A stretch of DNA of 64,000 nucleotides from Epiperipatus broadwayi (lineage: Eukaryota; Animalia; Onychophora). Every line of letters begins with the position of its first letter. Within the stretch, counting starts at the first letter, position 1. The DNA lies in contig JAQFVV010000004.1 of the NCBI GenBank assembly GCA_028023455.1, positions 5,332,001-5,396,000 on the forward strand, read 5' to 3'. Below are positions 50,536-64,000 of the stretch, in pieces. Below the pieces are notes generated by a model. It was given only the letters and a program-made list of their open reading frames with translations, was not told where the DNA came from and ran no database searches. The translations under genes were made by a program, and so were the position numbers.

Positions 50536-53500
50536 TTAGGGATATTCTGAAAAGTCTGTTAAGATCTATTGGCAAGCTCATTAGATAACTAAATATATAT
50601 TAAATTTCTTGTTATGAATTAATCTAATAATTATCATTCAGTTGACATCAATAAAACTATCCAGATCTTTTACCATAAAGAAATGTTTGTAACAAAATAT
50701 AATTTGTGATCCTTTGCGCAAGAAAATATTGATTAAATCTATTTATACAAATTATTTTTAAAAAGTTCAACTTTATCAATTATTAACAGCAAGAGTCATT
50801 TGGCTGTAGTCAGCAAACAAATGCAGCAGTATACTATATAAGCTTACTATGAAACAAATAATTTAATCATTAATATTATAATAATCTATGGTTTCTTTTT
50901 TTAGATCATTTGATTTTCGAACAAAGGAGCAATTTGCAGTTAAAATGACATTAGTTTTTTTTTCCATTTTTCTCAGTTGAGAATTGATCCAGGCATTTGC
51001 CACTATACAAAACTATGCATGACTAATGAACCATTATAATATAAATTAATAAACTACTTAATTTTTTTATTTAGATGTTAATTTTGCTTATATTTAAGGC
51101 ATCAGTCCAATAAATATTACAAATTCAGCTACAGTTTTATTAAACTATAAATGAACTGTTTTATGACATTTAAAAAATATCAGTCAATGTTCAAAATATA
51201 TTGTTGCTTAAAGATTTTTTTTTTTAAATCTTCCCTTTAACTTAATCAGCTTTTGCAGATATGTATTATATTTAATCGGCACTTTGTTACATTTACATAT
51301 AACATCAATAAAAGTAATTTTAACTTATTGCAAAAATGTTGAAATCTGTTGAACAGTGCATTAGTAATTTTTAATGATAGAAAGAATCTAGGTAGAACTT
51401 TAAAATAAAACAGTCTTCTATGAAATTCAATTGCATAAAAATATTATGAGACAGATATTATTAAGTAGAAAAATCTTATGGAAATAATCAGACATATTTT
51501 CAAAATGAAAAAGATATATATATTGATATAACAAAAACATATGCTACTTGAGTTTTTTCCAGATTAAAATCATTAAAAGACATTTAAGATGTGGAATATC
51601 AATTCTGTAGTTAACTTAGCATAAGCTAATAAAATATCAATTCACTCACAAATCCTCAGTGACTTAGAAAAAAAAATTATGTAAAAAAAAAAAAACAACA
51701 ACTAGAAATTACATAAGTCTTAGAATATTGTTTGTATTCTGATTTGCATGAAACTGAATTTTATTTTATTAACTGTTTTTAAAAAATCACATAACATTAT
51801 ATGTGGCAACTCTCATGATGATAAGCTATATTAACATCAAATAATCCAATCTTTATAGCAATGATAATTAGAAGGCTATCATTTAATTTTATTTCTCTCT
51901 GGCTAAAATTACAGTTTGTGATATCCAACTATCCTATGGTTATTTTTACCATTTTTATTTTATTTATTCCTAAATGATTTTAAAGCTTCAGTTTGTGGTA
52001 TGTGCAACAATTTTAAGTAACTCACCCCCATACATATTCTTTAGGTTTCATTTTATAATTTTTAATCACATTGCACATTATAAAATTTACAAATCTGCAA
52101 TTGATTTAATGTTGAAAACCTGGAGATGAAATTTTTTGATTTTTAAGTAGTACCACTATGGAAAAACAAATTTATTCTCATTTTCTAAAAATATCTAATT
52201 TAAAAAGAAATGTTAAAATATAATTTTAATTGAATAGAATTCATTTATATCTATGCAAAAAGGATTTTTGTTTTTTAATTATTTGTGAGATTTATGATTG
52301 TATTGTTTAGTTAATAATAAAATGATGAATCCAAGAACTAAAGATCCCTGGATCAAAGCACACATCCACTTATGCTAATGTTCAAACATCACATGACCTC
52401 CTGAACAACTATCTATTCAATTGTTAATTTAATATATTTTATTAAATTAAGAAGCAGAAATCATCTCAATATAAATTTGACTCCTATTTTATGTTTAATT
52501 ATAGGTAAATTTTTATAAACTTAAATTGCTAATTTAATTTCTCATTGATAACAAAGAGCTTATTGAAATGCTGATTTTTTTAAAAATTTCTAATCATAAA
52601 TTTTAAGCTTGTTTATTTTTTTATGTTAGACTTTCTGTGTTATACAGGTTTTACATTACAAATTATGAAGAAAAAAAATATTTTGTAAATTGTATTTGAT
52701 TTCATTGCTTGTTTTTGTTGTGTCACAGGAAATTAATTCAGTAAGTTTTGGAAAGTGCTTTGTTATACTTTTGCAAATATGTTTGCCATCATTATTCTAA
52801 AGTTTTCAACCAAACTAACTTGATTAGCTATATAAATCGGAAACTAGTTGACCTACCATCCATATATATATTAGTAACCTTGGTTATAAACTACCTGCAG
52901 ACACCTTTGATTTTTTTGAGGGGAAAAGATGAAGGATGATATGCTTATTTTGATAGTATCTAACAAATAGTTATCATTGAAAATCATAAAGAAAAAAAAT
53001 ATTTGCCCTACTTCAAAAATAAAATATTTATAAAGAGCTGGTAAAATATGATAAAATAGAGCAGTATATACATTAGGATAAATCAATTTAGAGAAAAATC
53101 AAATTGAGTAAAATTAAGCAAGCATTGGACAAGCTATTCCATGACTTCATAATTTCATTAGTTTTCTTTATTGGCAGAAGAGAGTGTTGATTCCTACTAT
53201 CTAATCCATCTAATAGCCACTTTTTTAATGCAAAATTTTTGTTTATAACAATATAAAAGTTGTTAAACTCAAGTTTACTTGCTTGTTTAATTATATTAAT
53301 CTAAATCTAGATCAGTAACTATAACTTTTAGTGACTTTCAACTAATTGCAGTAGTTTTTTGTTTTATTGGCAAGAGAATAGGATAATATGAAAACTATGA
53401 ATACTATAATCTTCTAGGCTTATATAGTTGAGTGAAAATAGTCATAAAGGATTCTGCATTAGATAGTGATGATTCTATATTTAGTCTAACTAAATAAATA

Positions 53501-55849
53501 AGAATAGAATAAGCCAATTATATTAGTTAGAGGCAGTAAAAACAAATATTTGTAACTACTTTTTGATTAATTGAATTTTTTTCCATCATATGAAAAATAA
53601 ATTTCATCTGTTGAATCACATTTTTTGTGAAATCTGAAATATTTTGATTGAGAAATAATTCACAGCATGAAACTGTCTAGAATTTTTCTAGATGTAAAGA
53701 ACGATTTGTTTTGATTGCAAATTAATTCCAAGTAAACTCTCTTCATTCCATGAGAATATTGCAACAAAGTTTTTTAAAAAAAAAAGCTAATCCAAGCTTT
53801 CAATAAAGAGTATTTTTATCAAAAGGCTATAATAGATTTAACAAACCTACATATATGCAACAAATTGTAAAATCCACTATTAAAAAGAAAAATGTCATTA
53901 GCTATGTTATTAATAGATTTTTCGATACAAAAAATTATAAAATGCTATACATTAAAAAATCATTTCTTGTTATTGGTTTTTGAATATAAAGCATTTTTTA
54001 ATTTTTTGTGTTGAAAAATCCATTAATAGCACAACCAATGGCATTCTTTTTATTAACAGATTTGCTTAGCAATTTTTTTGAAATTTTGTTGCCAAATTGT
54101 GGAATATATTTTTTTACATATTGCTATGATTTATGTATATATTTCCAATTTTACATGTATATCTTTACATCAAATTATACAAAATAATATAGAACATGGA
54201 GTTTGCTTTAGAACGTAAAATGGTACCCTAAGCTATATTAGTAGAAGATCCATAAAAAATGAGTGTGAAGATTGAAATGATGGAAAGAAAATTTCATAAT
54301 AGATATAATTAGCTGATGTAGAAACTTTTATTAAGACAAATGTAATTTGAATTTTTAGCACTTGGACGCTATGATAAGAAAAGCTTAGAATTTACATGTT
54401 TTAGATTAAGCTTAGCGCTTTTGAAACCTATTTATGGTCTATATTCATATCACTGATTGTTGAGTAGGGGGGGGGGGGTATAAATGTAAGTTTATTTTAA
54501 TTTATTCAAATGTATGTGCCGAGTTAGCTAGCTCACTTGCCAAACTTTCAATGGAAACATTTAAATCATAGTTTAATAATTGGAGATATCTCATTGAAAC
54601 TTAAGAAATTAAGTAAAGCTTATTTCTAGAAATAAAGACTCTAGTAAAGAAAGCAAAAACAAAAATGATGGGAAGACATCAATCAGTGCTTATGAAAAAA
54701 TTCAAAAAGAAAAAAAAAACACTAGATTCAAGAGTCACTAGTTGTCAATAAAGTTTTGAAGGAAGCTATGATTGAGTGAAATCAGATGAAAATAATATTG
54801 TATTATACAAGAAACATTAAAACTATTTCAAGAAAAATGATTGCTTAAAAAAAAAAAAGACACTTTAGAAATTGCAAAACAATAGTATATGTTTGTTCAT
54901 CTGCATAACAAAGTGTTTTGTTTTTTCTTCTTCTTTATATCATAAAGCTGAGTTCACTACAAATACAAATGATGGGGGAAATCAGTAGAACTATAATGTA
55001 AGATAAAATGTAATTTTATAGTAGACTAAACTGATTGGAAGATCAATGTAGAGATATAGAAAAATATTTTGGAGAATGCATAAACAAATACACAAGATGG
55101 TAACAAAAAAAACCCAGGAATGTTAGCCAAAATCATAAACATTAAAATGAAAAATGCTCACCAGCAAGAATGTAATTTTAAAACAAAGATATGAGAGTGT
55201 GCTATACAAAGCATAAGAGTCATATGTGACTCCTGACTGCAGGTTTCTATGCACATTTGAGTACATATTGAAATAAATAAGCTTAGGATCATATGATTTT
55301 TAATTTTGTTATTAACTACATGATATTAACATTAAAAAATAAGATTATTAACAATTAAAAGAAACAATTACATCACATGAAAGTATTCAAAAAACAAAGT
55401 AAATACATTCGTTAAATATTAATCATGACTTCATATTGCAGACAGATTATCAAACGTGGAAAAGGCATTTTAACTAACTTTTAAAAACATGAATGTATTT
55501 GATTTCTAATAGGCTTAACAGATATTTATATATCTATTAAACATGAATTCTGTATTAATAGTTTACTAATTGGCTGTCTCAAAACAAAAGATAATGCTCT
55601 TAACCTCCACTTAAATGTGATGAATTTAAATGTAACTTATCCTGATGAAAGTTTTATGTAATTAGTACAAAACTGTTTATTTATGACTATTAATGTAAGA
55701 AATAATATGCATATAATATATAAAATTTGAGTGTGTTTGCACATAATTTTTCATCTAACATAGATGTGATTGTTGCTATTATCATATAAATTATTTCTCT
55801 CTTTTTTTTTAAATCAATCTTTTCATTTTATCTGTTTCGGAGCCTTCTA

Positions 55850-56400
55850 TTGTGCTTCTGTCTTCTAAAGAATTCATATTTTTCCAAGATTTTTTTCTCA
55901 TCCATTTTATTCATCTCCTTATTATTAATCTATTGTCTTTATTGTAACAGCTTGTAATTTTTTTCCTCAAATAGTTACTATTTCTTATTTGAATTTACTT
56001 TGCCACCAATCTACTACTATTTACACTTATTTTTATTTTCATCGTATCTGTAAATTGCTCTGGTAATATTCCCTTTCAATTAATATGAATCATTTTTTTT
56101 TGTTTTTAACTCTTCTGAGTCTTCTAAAAAATATTTCTATCACCATTAAGCTCTGATCCAAATCTATATTATAGTTCTAAGATATGTAAGTCTTCTTAAT
56201 ACTGCTTCTAAATATACTCTGCGTCACTTGAACCTTTCCATTTACAAATACTTCTTTTACAATGTTTGACCCATGTTGTTAATTACCACTCTATCATTTC
56301 TTAACTATAATCTATCACTTTATCATCTCTTCCCTGTCCCACCACATCTTTCTAATCACTCATTTCTATTATATAACTATTAATTATATTTTTTAATTTT
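55850..56400 (-). mobile_element. Possible decayed LINE endonuclease/linker remnant
   Basis: Purine-rich minus strand with weak APE-like remnants (CKWKG..EYI, DLDQSLMVIE). Confidence 0.25.
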
Positions 56401-57139
56401 TTTCAATCATCACACTATTTGGCTTATTTATGTGAATAATCATTATATTCCTTGTAAATAGTTAATAAATCTACCCCTCAATAATATATCATTTACAGAA
56501 TGATACTATTAAATTATCTTTACACTATAACGTTTCCAAAATGAAATAGCTTAAATCTTCATTCTTTTTACATCTCTAATTTTATAATATTTAGTCTAGT
56601 TTTTCATGTCTATTTTAATAATATTCTTTAAATTTAAAGAATTTATTTTTCATTCCTAAGAATATATATTTTCATTTGGAATGTTTTTCCTTTTGTTTTT
56701 TCTCGCATCAACTAAATTTATCATTCAAATTTTGCTCTAGAAATCTGATGATATCTTTTAATCTGTTGATCAAATGGTTAAAGTTCCCAAAATTAACTGT
56801 TCATATATTTTATGAACATTTAATAAACCATGCATGAATCTAAATTAAAAAAAAAAAAAATCCAAAAAAGCAAAGTAGAAGAAAATAACCATTGTTTTTT
56901 CGTGATTTCTAAATAATAGATACAATCTATACATGGTAGTGCAGAGTTTACTGAGAGTCCTATGAAAATGCTTTTTCTATCACCAGTCTCAATTAATAGT
57001 GTATTCAGTTTCTAAATTACTGTATGTGTATGTTCATTTATTACAAGAGTAATTCAGATTCATTAAATTATGTATGTTTTTTTTTAAAACCTTTTTTCTT
57101 GAATTTGATTTTTAGCAAAGATTTTTTTTTTTTTTTAAG

Positions 57140-57276
57140 ATTCACTGGATCTGATGGTCCCAGTGGTTTTGGTTTTGAATTAACGTTTCGACTCAAGAGA
57201 GAACAAGAAGAAACTGCACCACCCACTTGGCCAGCTGCTTTAATGCAAGCCCTTGCTCGTTATGTCTTTCAATCTG
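57140..57276 (+). CDS. Sufu: Suppressor of fused, single internal exon (equivalent to human SUFU exon 3)
   Basis: After a polypyrimidine tract and AG (57138-39), it encodes FTGSDGPSGFGFELTFRLKREQEETAPPTWPAALMQALARYVFQS, then GTAAGA at 57277. The 137-nt length and the phases match what I recall for human SUFU exon 3 (FTGTDGPSGFGFELTFRLKRETGESAPPTWPAELMQGLARYVFQS). Confidence 0.96.
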
Positions 57277-57594
57277 GTAAGATACTAAAAAGTTTTAAAT
57301 TTATATTAAAGTTGATAATTCTTCTTATATATAGTAATTAAAATTATTAATTTTTGTGATTTTTTAAATGAGAAATTAAAGAGTACTTGAAAGCCAGTGT
57401 TACTTTAAAAAAATAAGAATTCTTATAAGTATATGTTGGATTACTTTTTTAATCTAATTTAATTCTTAAATGTTTTTAAAAAGGTTTAAACTTTATTTAT
57501 ACTTTTCCAAATATATTTAACTTACAGTGATAACATGAAGGTTAGTATAAAATACTATGTTTCAGTAGTATTATTCTTTTTTTTTTGGATGTTT

Positions 57595-57935
57595 CTGGAC
57601 CTGATCAGTGACATTTCTAGCTGGGAATTGAACTGATAATGTTTGGATCTGTCAATACTGAATGTAAAATGATATTCTAACCAATTAATCTTTGGCAGAA
57701 TAGCTTAGTTGATTGGAGTATCGGCATGAAATTTGATATTTGGGAATCTAAAGGTGATCAATTCATTTTGCATATTAGTACTGTCACTAGTCAGGCCAGC
57801 AATACTAAAGGAAAAGAGAAAATATTGAGTACTAGAAATTGGATGTATTTGAAAAATACAATAAAGTTAGTATTTTTCTAAAAAAAATTAACAATTAAAC
57901 TAGATGATGGAAATAGTTCAACAAGTTAATTTTTT
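57595..57935. repeat. Solo PLE terminal fragment, as a foldback
   Basis: 57707-57810 (gaatagcttagttgattgg...gaatctaaagg...gtcactagtcaggccagcaa) matches the PLE 3' segment. 57595-57690 is its inverted copy. tagatgatggaaatagttcaac at 57901 matches the PLE terminal block. Confidence 0.6.
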
Positions 57936-58719
57936 CATTTAAAAATCTTATTAAGTTATTACTATATAACTGTATGCAAACTTAGTTTATACTAATGGGG
58001 ATTTAAGAAAAGTTAGAATCAAGATTTTGAGAATATAATCAGATATTTTATTGTGTTTATTGTGATTAATGAGCTCAATTATCTTATCATTTGATATTGT
58101 TTTCATTGTTTATATTATTTTAAAAATTTCTAAAAATGGTATTTCTTCAATAAAATTGCAAAAACCATTGAAAAATTTCAGCATCTTTAAAATAAGTTTT
58201 TAAAGTTGTAATATATCAAATTGCAAGATAAATAGTGGGTTATTTTTATTCAGATGTTATTTTTGCAAAACAAGCAATGATGTATAATCAAAAATTTTAG
58301 CCAGTGTGAAGAATGAATTGCAAATAAATCTTTATGTCCTGTGACTTCCCAAGTGACTAACTATTTGATTTTTGTTGTTTTTTTTGTTTTTTTGCCTTAA
58401 ATGGTTTAGCATAGTTATAAAGTGATAAACTTGAGAACTACAGATTCTTGGATTGAAATTTAACCTGTCCAAAATTATCATATGCAGTTTAGGACAGTCA
58501 TAAGGTGATAGATTCGAGATCTAAAGATTTCAGCATTGAAGCTAAGTCTGTCATTTTTGATATTCATTTGTCACATGATTTAACTATTTGATTGTTTTTT
58601 AATAAAACAAAAATAATGATTAACAAACTTATATTGTCTGAGAATATATAATTAATTAGAAAAAAATAGTAGTGCATGATTGTGTTTACCTGTATTTATT
58701 AATTAGTATCAATAAATGG

Positions 58720-59010
58720 GAAGAAATAGAAAAAAAAATTAAAATGCCCTGGAGTGCATTTTTTAGGTTTAATATAATTAAAAAAGAGTATATCCTAGGA
58801 TTTAAAAAAGAGTATTATAGAATTAGGGTGTTGTGCCTGTTTTGTCTTATTATTATGAAACATGGACTGAATTCTAAAATAAAATAATGACTATAAGGGC
58901 ACACAGAAATGTGGAAAGATGTTTTTGTTGGCAATAATGAAAGCTAAAAAAATAAATTAATATATTTAGATCAGATTGGTGGCATAAATGTAAAAATTAA
59001 ATGGGATGGG
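58720..59010 (+). mobile_element. RTE-type LINE 3' fragment
   Basis: VVPVLSYYYETWT and a frameshifted KWDWVGH motif. Confidence 0.55.
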
Positions 59011-62000
59011 TTGGACATAAAACACATGGATATTATGATAAATTAGAGCAGTCCTTGGTTGAATTTCTAGTGACAAGAAGCATTCTTAAAAAGTTTGGTG
59101 GGTCAGTATAGAAAAGTAAAACTTTTGAAAGATTTTTCAGAGAACTGTTGAAGAGTTTTTTGCCCTGCACTAGGATATCTATAGCTGAAAGTGATGATGG
59201 TTTAACAATTTTATTTGATAAATACAAAAGTTGTAAAGTAAACTTCATGAATTGACAGACAATATAATGCTGCATAAAGAAATAAAAGGAATATATATTA
59301 GTAATTTTATAAAAATGAATTGTTATTGTTTTACAATATAAAATACACAATATTGATTATAATAAATAAATAAAGTATGTTTAAATTAAATTTTTGAAAA
59401 TGATTAAAAAGAAATGGCAAAATGAGGCTGCTAAGTCTTATTGAAAATTTTATAAAATATTAGCTCCTAATAAAAATTGGGTCTGAATAATCAGAAAAAT
59501 TCAGGTGATTGAAAAGATATGTGAACCCAGCTTATATCTTGAGAGAGAACTGTTTTTGCCAGAAAGTGAATTACATCATATGCTTGGCTAGTTAATATAG
59601 CTGGATAGTTTAAAATGATTTGAGATTGCTAATTTATTCATTTGTTTACTTTGCACAAACTGCACAATTGATTACTGGCAATGCTTGTGATGTGAATTGC
59701 ATATAAGCTGGCATCATGAAATCCACATAATGTCCTCTGATGCAGTGTTTGCTAACCCAAATGCTTACTATGGTAATGTTTGGTAAGCTCTTAATAGATC
59801 ATGAAAATAATAACTAAAGATTGTCCATGAATCCATAAATAGCAATCATCTGGACAATTTGAATAGGATTTATTATTAATTTTATTGGTTTATTTCACTA
59901 ATCAAAGTAGAAGATTTTAATGATAAATGCTATATCTAGGGAGGAGACTTGATGGCTTATGAGAAGTTTTGTATGGGTAAGCTGCAACTTTAAATTATAG
60001 ATAACATCATGCAACTGAGGTATGGCTCCTGATAGAATAAATTTACCATTAAACATTTATTGAAATAAAAAAGAATTATAATAAATCTTGGAAATAAGGT
60101 AGCTTGTGCAATGACTAGATTACTTGCATTCCAAGTATAGCTTTTGGAGACATGAGTTGCTTCTGATGTTTGGTAGAAGTTAAGAGCAGGTATTTTATTA
60201 CTATATCTTGTGATAGTACCATTATTTACACTGTTCACATGATTTTTCTTTAAACTATAGTGAGAATAATAACAAAAAATATATCCTACACTACCAATTC
60301 ACTTTCCCAAATAGATACTTCTAGAAAATAAATTTCTTTATTTCTCTCTGGATATACATTAATTGTACGTCTTTACTAGTTTGTTGTTTAAATTGCATAC
60401 AATATGTATAATAATGTTAACTACATGGTAAGATAAAAGGCCTTACATAATCTTTTTAGAAGAAGTGTTAATATTTGCTGTGTTAGTATGACTTCTTATT
60501 TGAAAACTTGATATCATTTTTTACGGATATTTCATTATCCAGATGATCTTAAATTAAAGCTGGAATCCTTCTGCTTGTGAATTCTTTCTGTTATAGAATC
60601 AGATTCACTACTATTTGATCCAATATTTTTTAATTTAAGCCACTTCTTGATGTCTCAAAATCAAATCCTATAACTAAACCGATGTTATTTCTTTGTTTGA
60701 AAATTTTTGGATACTTCCAAGCATAGTATCACCAGTTTCATCAAGCTCATGAATGCTACATTGAATAGTTTTTGTCGTGCTATATTTTTTTATATATATA
60801 ATTTTTAAAGAGTATGATTTTTTAATTTTGATATTTATGCAAAATCATTGTACAAGCACAAACCTTTATTATATAACTTGAACACTGATCCACCCTGAAC
60901 AATTAATTCAAACTGGTCAATAATCAACTAGAGTTTAAATTTTCTGATATTACTTCATTGCTTTACAAATCCATTCAATAGAAGTAATTTGCTTTTGGTG
61001 TTTGATTTTTCAAATAACTTCAAGAAGTCATTTTGCATGGGTTGGACTGGTCAAAATTAATGTGTTATAACTATCAGATACCCTCACCATTATTAAAAAA
61101 TATAACTTGTTTACAGTTTATAAATAATTAATAAAACACCCATTTGACAGACAAATGGTGAGAAATAAAATTATGTTATATTGAATGATGTTTATATTTA
61201 AAATATTAACAGTTAATATAATTTTTATCTTTTAATTCAATTTTTAGTTAGCATGACAATCTTTTAAAAAAACTTGAACTCTTTAGAATAGCTATTGGAA
61301 GTCCAATGTTCATCAATACTAAAAGTTAAATACCTATTATTTTACAATCACTTGAATAATTGTAATTCAGGAATAAAGTCTATTTTTTCCTCTGAAAATT
61401 TTGAACTTTTCATAATGCATTTGTTTTTGTATTGTATTGTAGAGTTTAATTACTATATTCATAGAATCTCATTAATGAGCTCATAATGAGGTTGTCCTAT
61501 TTTACTATAAAATTGTAACTTGTTTTATTATTTTATTTATGCATTTACATCATATCTATAATAATAAAAGCAGTATACAGTACTTAATTATTATCTCAAA
61601 TTTATATTGTGATATTTAATATTATATTGATTATTCATAGTCATTTTGAAAAATCTGAAGCAATTTAGCACAATGTTTGGATTTTGCACGTCAGATTTTA
61701 TTTAATGGTTTAACTAATCTTCTCTGAAGATTTTGACTATGGCATAGCTAAATTTTATGAAAATATTAATGATTAAAAAATGAATTTCCAAAATGTGGTC
61801 GCTATCTTTTGTTAAAAAATTTAATTCACAATTGTAAAAGCTGAATCATAGTATTATCAATTGATCACATTGTTACATCAAATTTCTTTTGGATAATGAA
61901 TATATATTAATTTATTTATTATTATATAATAATTTAATAAATTTTATAGATTGCAATAATTTTTTTTATTCTATACCTGCCTCGTAGAAGAAAAAAAACA

Positions 62001-63361
62001 TGAATATGTATTAATCTAAAAGAAATAGCATAAAAAAATCTGAAACAAAATATTTACATAAATATAATTATTTTTATATTAATTTGTATATTAAGATAAA
62101 CAGTTGGTCTACTAATGGTATGTTTTGTAGGTATTCAAAAGTTTTCTGTTCACTTGCTGACTTAGTAAAATAAATATATTTTTTTAATGATTATTTTTTA
62201 TTGTATAAATATATTTGCTAACAAATATCATATTTATCTTTTTTAATTAAAAAATTTGGGTTTTTTTTTTCATATAAAAAGTAACAACTTTTATTTTTAA
62301 TGATATATTTATTATTTTATTGCCACACTTTTTTTTTTGTTTGTTTATTTGTTTTTTACATTTCTGAAGATAAAGATTTTAAAAACTATGTAAATACCAT
62401 ATCATTAAGTTCAATATTGAGTTTTTTGTAGCCTTTCTGGATGAAAGATTTTGTCAATCTAAGTGTTCATGTAATAATGTAATAGCACATCTCTTATTTC
62501 GTCATTACAATTTTCCCATTTTATAAAGCGTCTATGTGTTGCTGAAAAGTTAAATAACTAATAATTTTAGTATTTATAGTTTTGGATATATATTTTATAA
62601 ATATATTCTGGATACTAATACAGAAACTTTGTACTTCAGTCATAAAAAATGATTAATTTTAATACAGTAATAAAAAAATAGTGATTAGGTTTAATATTAA
62701 ATTATAACATTACTGTAACTATTATTTTCAATGTTTATTTAAAAAGTAAATTACCATTTTTTCTCTTAAAAAAATTTTTTTTTGCTTAAAGTATGAATCA
62801 GCTTACTTAATAATTTTTTATTGCCATTATTTTCTTCTCTCCCTGCTTATTTATATAAAGTTTCTTAAGATTCGGCTACTAGATTTAATGTTTTTATAGA
62901 TCACTTACAGTAAATATTTCAAAACATCAGTTTTAAAATCATTCTATTGCTATATTTTCTAGGGGAATAACATGGAACCTGTATCCTGTATGTATGTGTG
63001 GATTTTTTTTTTTCACATATGTTTATATATATTTATTACATTAAATTGTTTGTTGCTATTTTGCTAATTTATCAGTTTATCCAAATAGTGGAAGTTGTCA
63101 AATCATAGGAAACCAAATTAGCTAACAACAAACTTGCATAATGACAAAGCTTATCATTAATATTTTCCCAACTTATAAATTTTAAAATATGGCAAATTTG
63201 ATAACATCAACAATATTTCTAGATTGTTTTTTTTTTCTCCATGATGGTTATTCTTTTTATTATATTAAAATTTAAGTAGTGAGAAAATTCAGCAAATTTT
63301 TTATCTAACATGAATGTGAAATTTTGATCTCAGTCATCCATTTACATCATACTTAAACATT

Positions 63362-64000
63362 CAGTAGTGTCATCCAGTGTAAGCCAATGAATGCTAGAAG
63401 GTTTGTGCATCAAAATCCCCATCTAATGCCTATTCATCTAATGTCTCCAGATTAGTTTCTAGTTTGGGCTTCATCAATGAGGTGCTTTGGATCTAAGAAC
63501 CCTGCACATAAATATTTGGATCTAATGAAAACTTCCAGCAGCCACTTTTTATCTTTTTGAAAGCACAATAATGTTTTCAATCCAAGCTCATTTGCTTGTA
63601 TATTCATATAGGTCTGAACTCAGATCAATATCTCTATATTTTCATGTCTTTGGGTTTTTTAAAATATAATCACCATCTTTTGGCCAGGATTGGTATTAAA
63701 TGACAAGATCACTTTTGCTTACATAATTTGTAAAAAAAAAAAAAAAAAAGAAGCAATTATCCACACAATAGTGCCAACCAGTGTGCAAGTCATAGTAATC
63801 AATGGATACTAGAAGGTCTGTGCATTGTAATCCTTATCTAGTGCCTCCGCATTCAATATCCTCAGACTAATTTATGGCCTGTGGCCTTTATCAGTGAAGA
63901 GCTTGGTTGAAAACATTAATATGTTTTCATTTTGGACTCATAGTTAACTAAAAAGTTAAAAAGTGGCTGCTGTAGGGTTGTATTAGATCCAAAGATCTAG
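63362..64000. mobile_element. Family-B array: two head-to-tail copies, then an inverted copy running off the window
   Basis: Copies at ~63362-63765 and ~63765-63905 match 5460-5570 reverse-complemented. 63905-64000 resembles 3040-3140 in plus orientation. Confidence 0.7.
63858..63902 (-). ncRNA. Degenerate hammerhead-like motif (family B; best stems)
   Basis: Minus strand: ctcttca-CTGATAA-A-GGCC-aca-GGCC-A-TAAA-TTAGT-C-TGAGGA. Stems I and II are intact but core G residues are mutated. Confidence 0.35.

Larger units (their letters stand above)
49603..50584. mobile_element. Tandem/foldback array of a ~256-bp unit with hammerhead-like core, nested insertion and 7-11 nt flanking direct repeat
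   Basis: attgcaaagaaatcaa at 49606 and 49862, flip at ~49900, inverted arm 49901-50050, resuming at 50480-50584. ataactaaata occurs at 49592-49602 and 50585-50595. Confidence 0.75.

Noticed and set aside
57024-57341. 105-aa ORF as a whole gene
   Set aside because: It is read-through across splice sites. Only 57140-57276 is Sufu-like.
59030-60250. Possible decayed coding sequence
   Set aside because: Slightly coding-like composition, but no motif I could assign.
1-64000. CRISPR array or prokaryotic operon; the remaining short ORFs in the track
   Set aside because: The sequence is eukaryotic, intron-like DNA with no repeat-spacer pattern. The other ORFs are low-complexity F/L/I/K-rich products of AT-rich sequence or TE antisense frames.

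Overview
This is very AT-rich animal genomic DNA, probably an invertebrate or arthropod; the taxon cannot be fixed from the sequence. The only recognisable host coding sequence is one 137-nt Suppressor of fused (Sufu) exon at 57140-57276 (+), with the same length and phases as human SUFU exon 3. I found no flanking Sufu exons, so the rest is probably giant intron. It is filled with decayed transposons: RTE-type, Vingi/Ingi-like and other LINE pieces, a mariner, a Sola-like element, and two head-to-head Penelope-like elements (PLEs). The main finding is a young 1.75-kb insertion at 22511-24262. It consists of about 477-bp head-to-tail units, each carrying a type I hammerhead ribozyme (HHR) with a palindromic helix III. 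The array flips orientation mid-way and is flanked by a 13-bp target-site duplication (TSD), so it looks like a retrozyme-type concatemer. Older arrays (2.2-3.3, 13.5-14.5, 49.6-50.6, 63.4-64 kb), the PLE pair and several small foldbacks share this tandem-then-inverted layout. In all nine cases I could orient, the putative RNA 3' ends point outward. I infer a PLE-driven, both-end-primed insertion mechanism acting on small ribozyme RNAs. All folding and alignment was done by eye; ribozyme activity and mechanism are untested.
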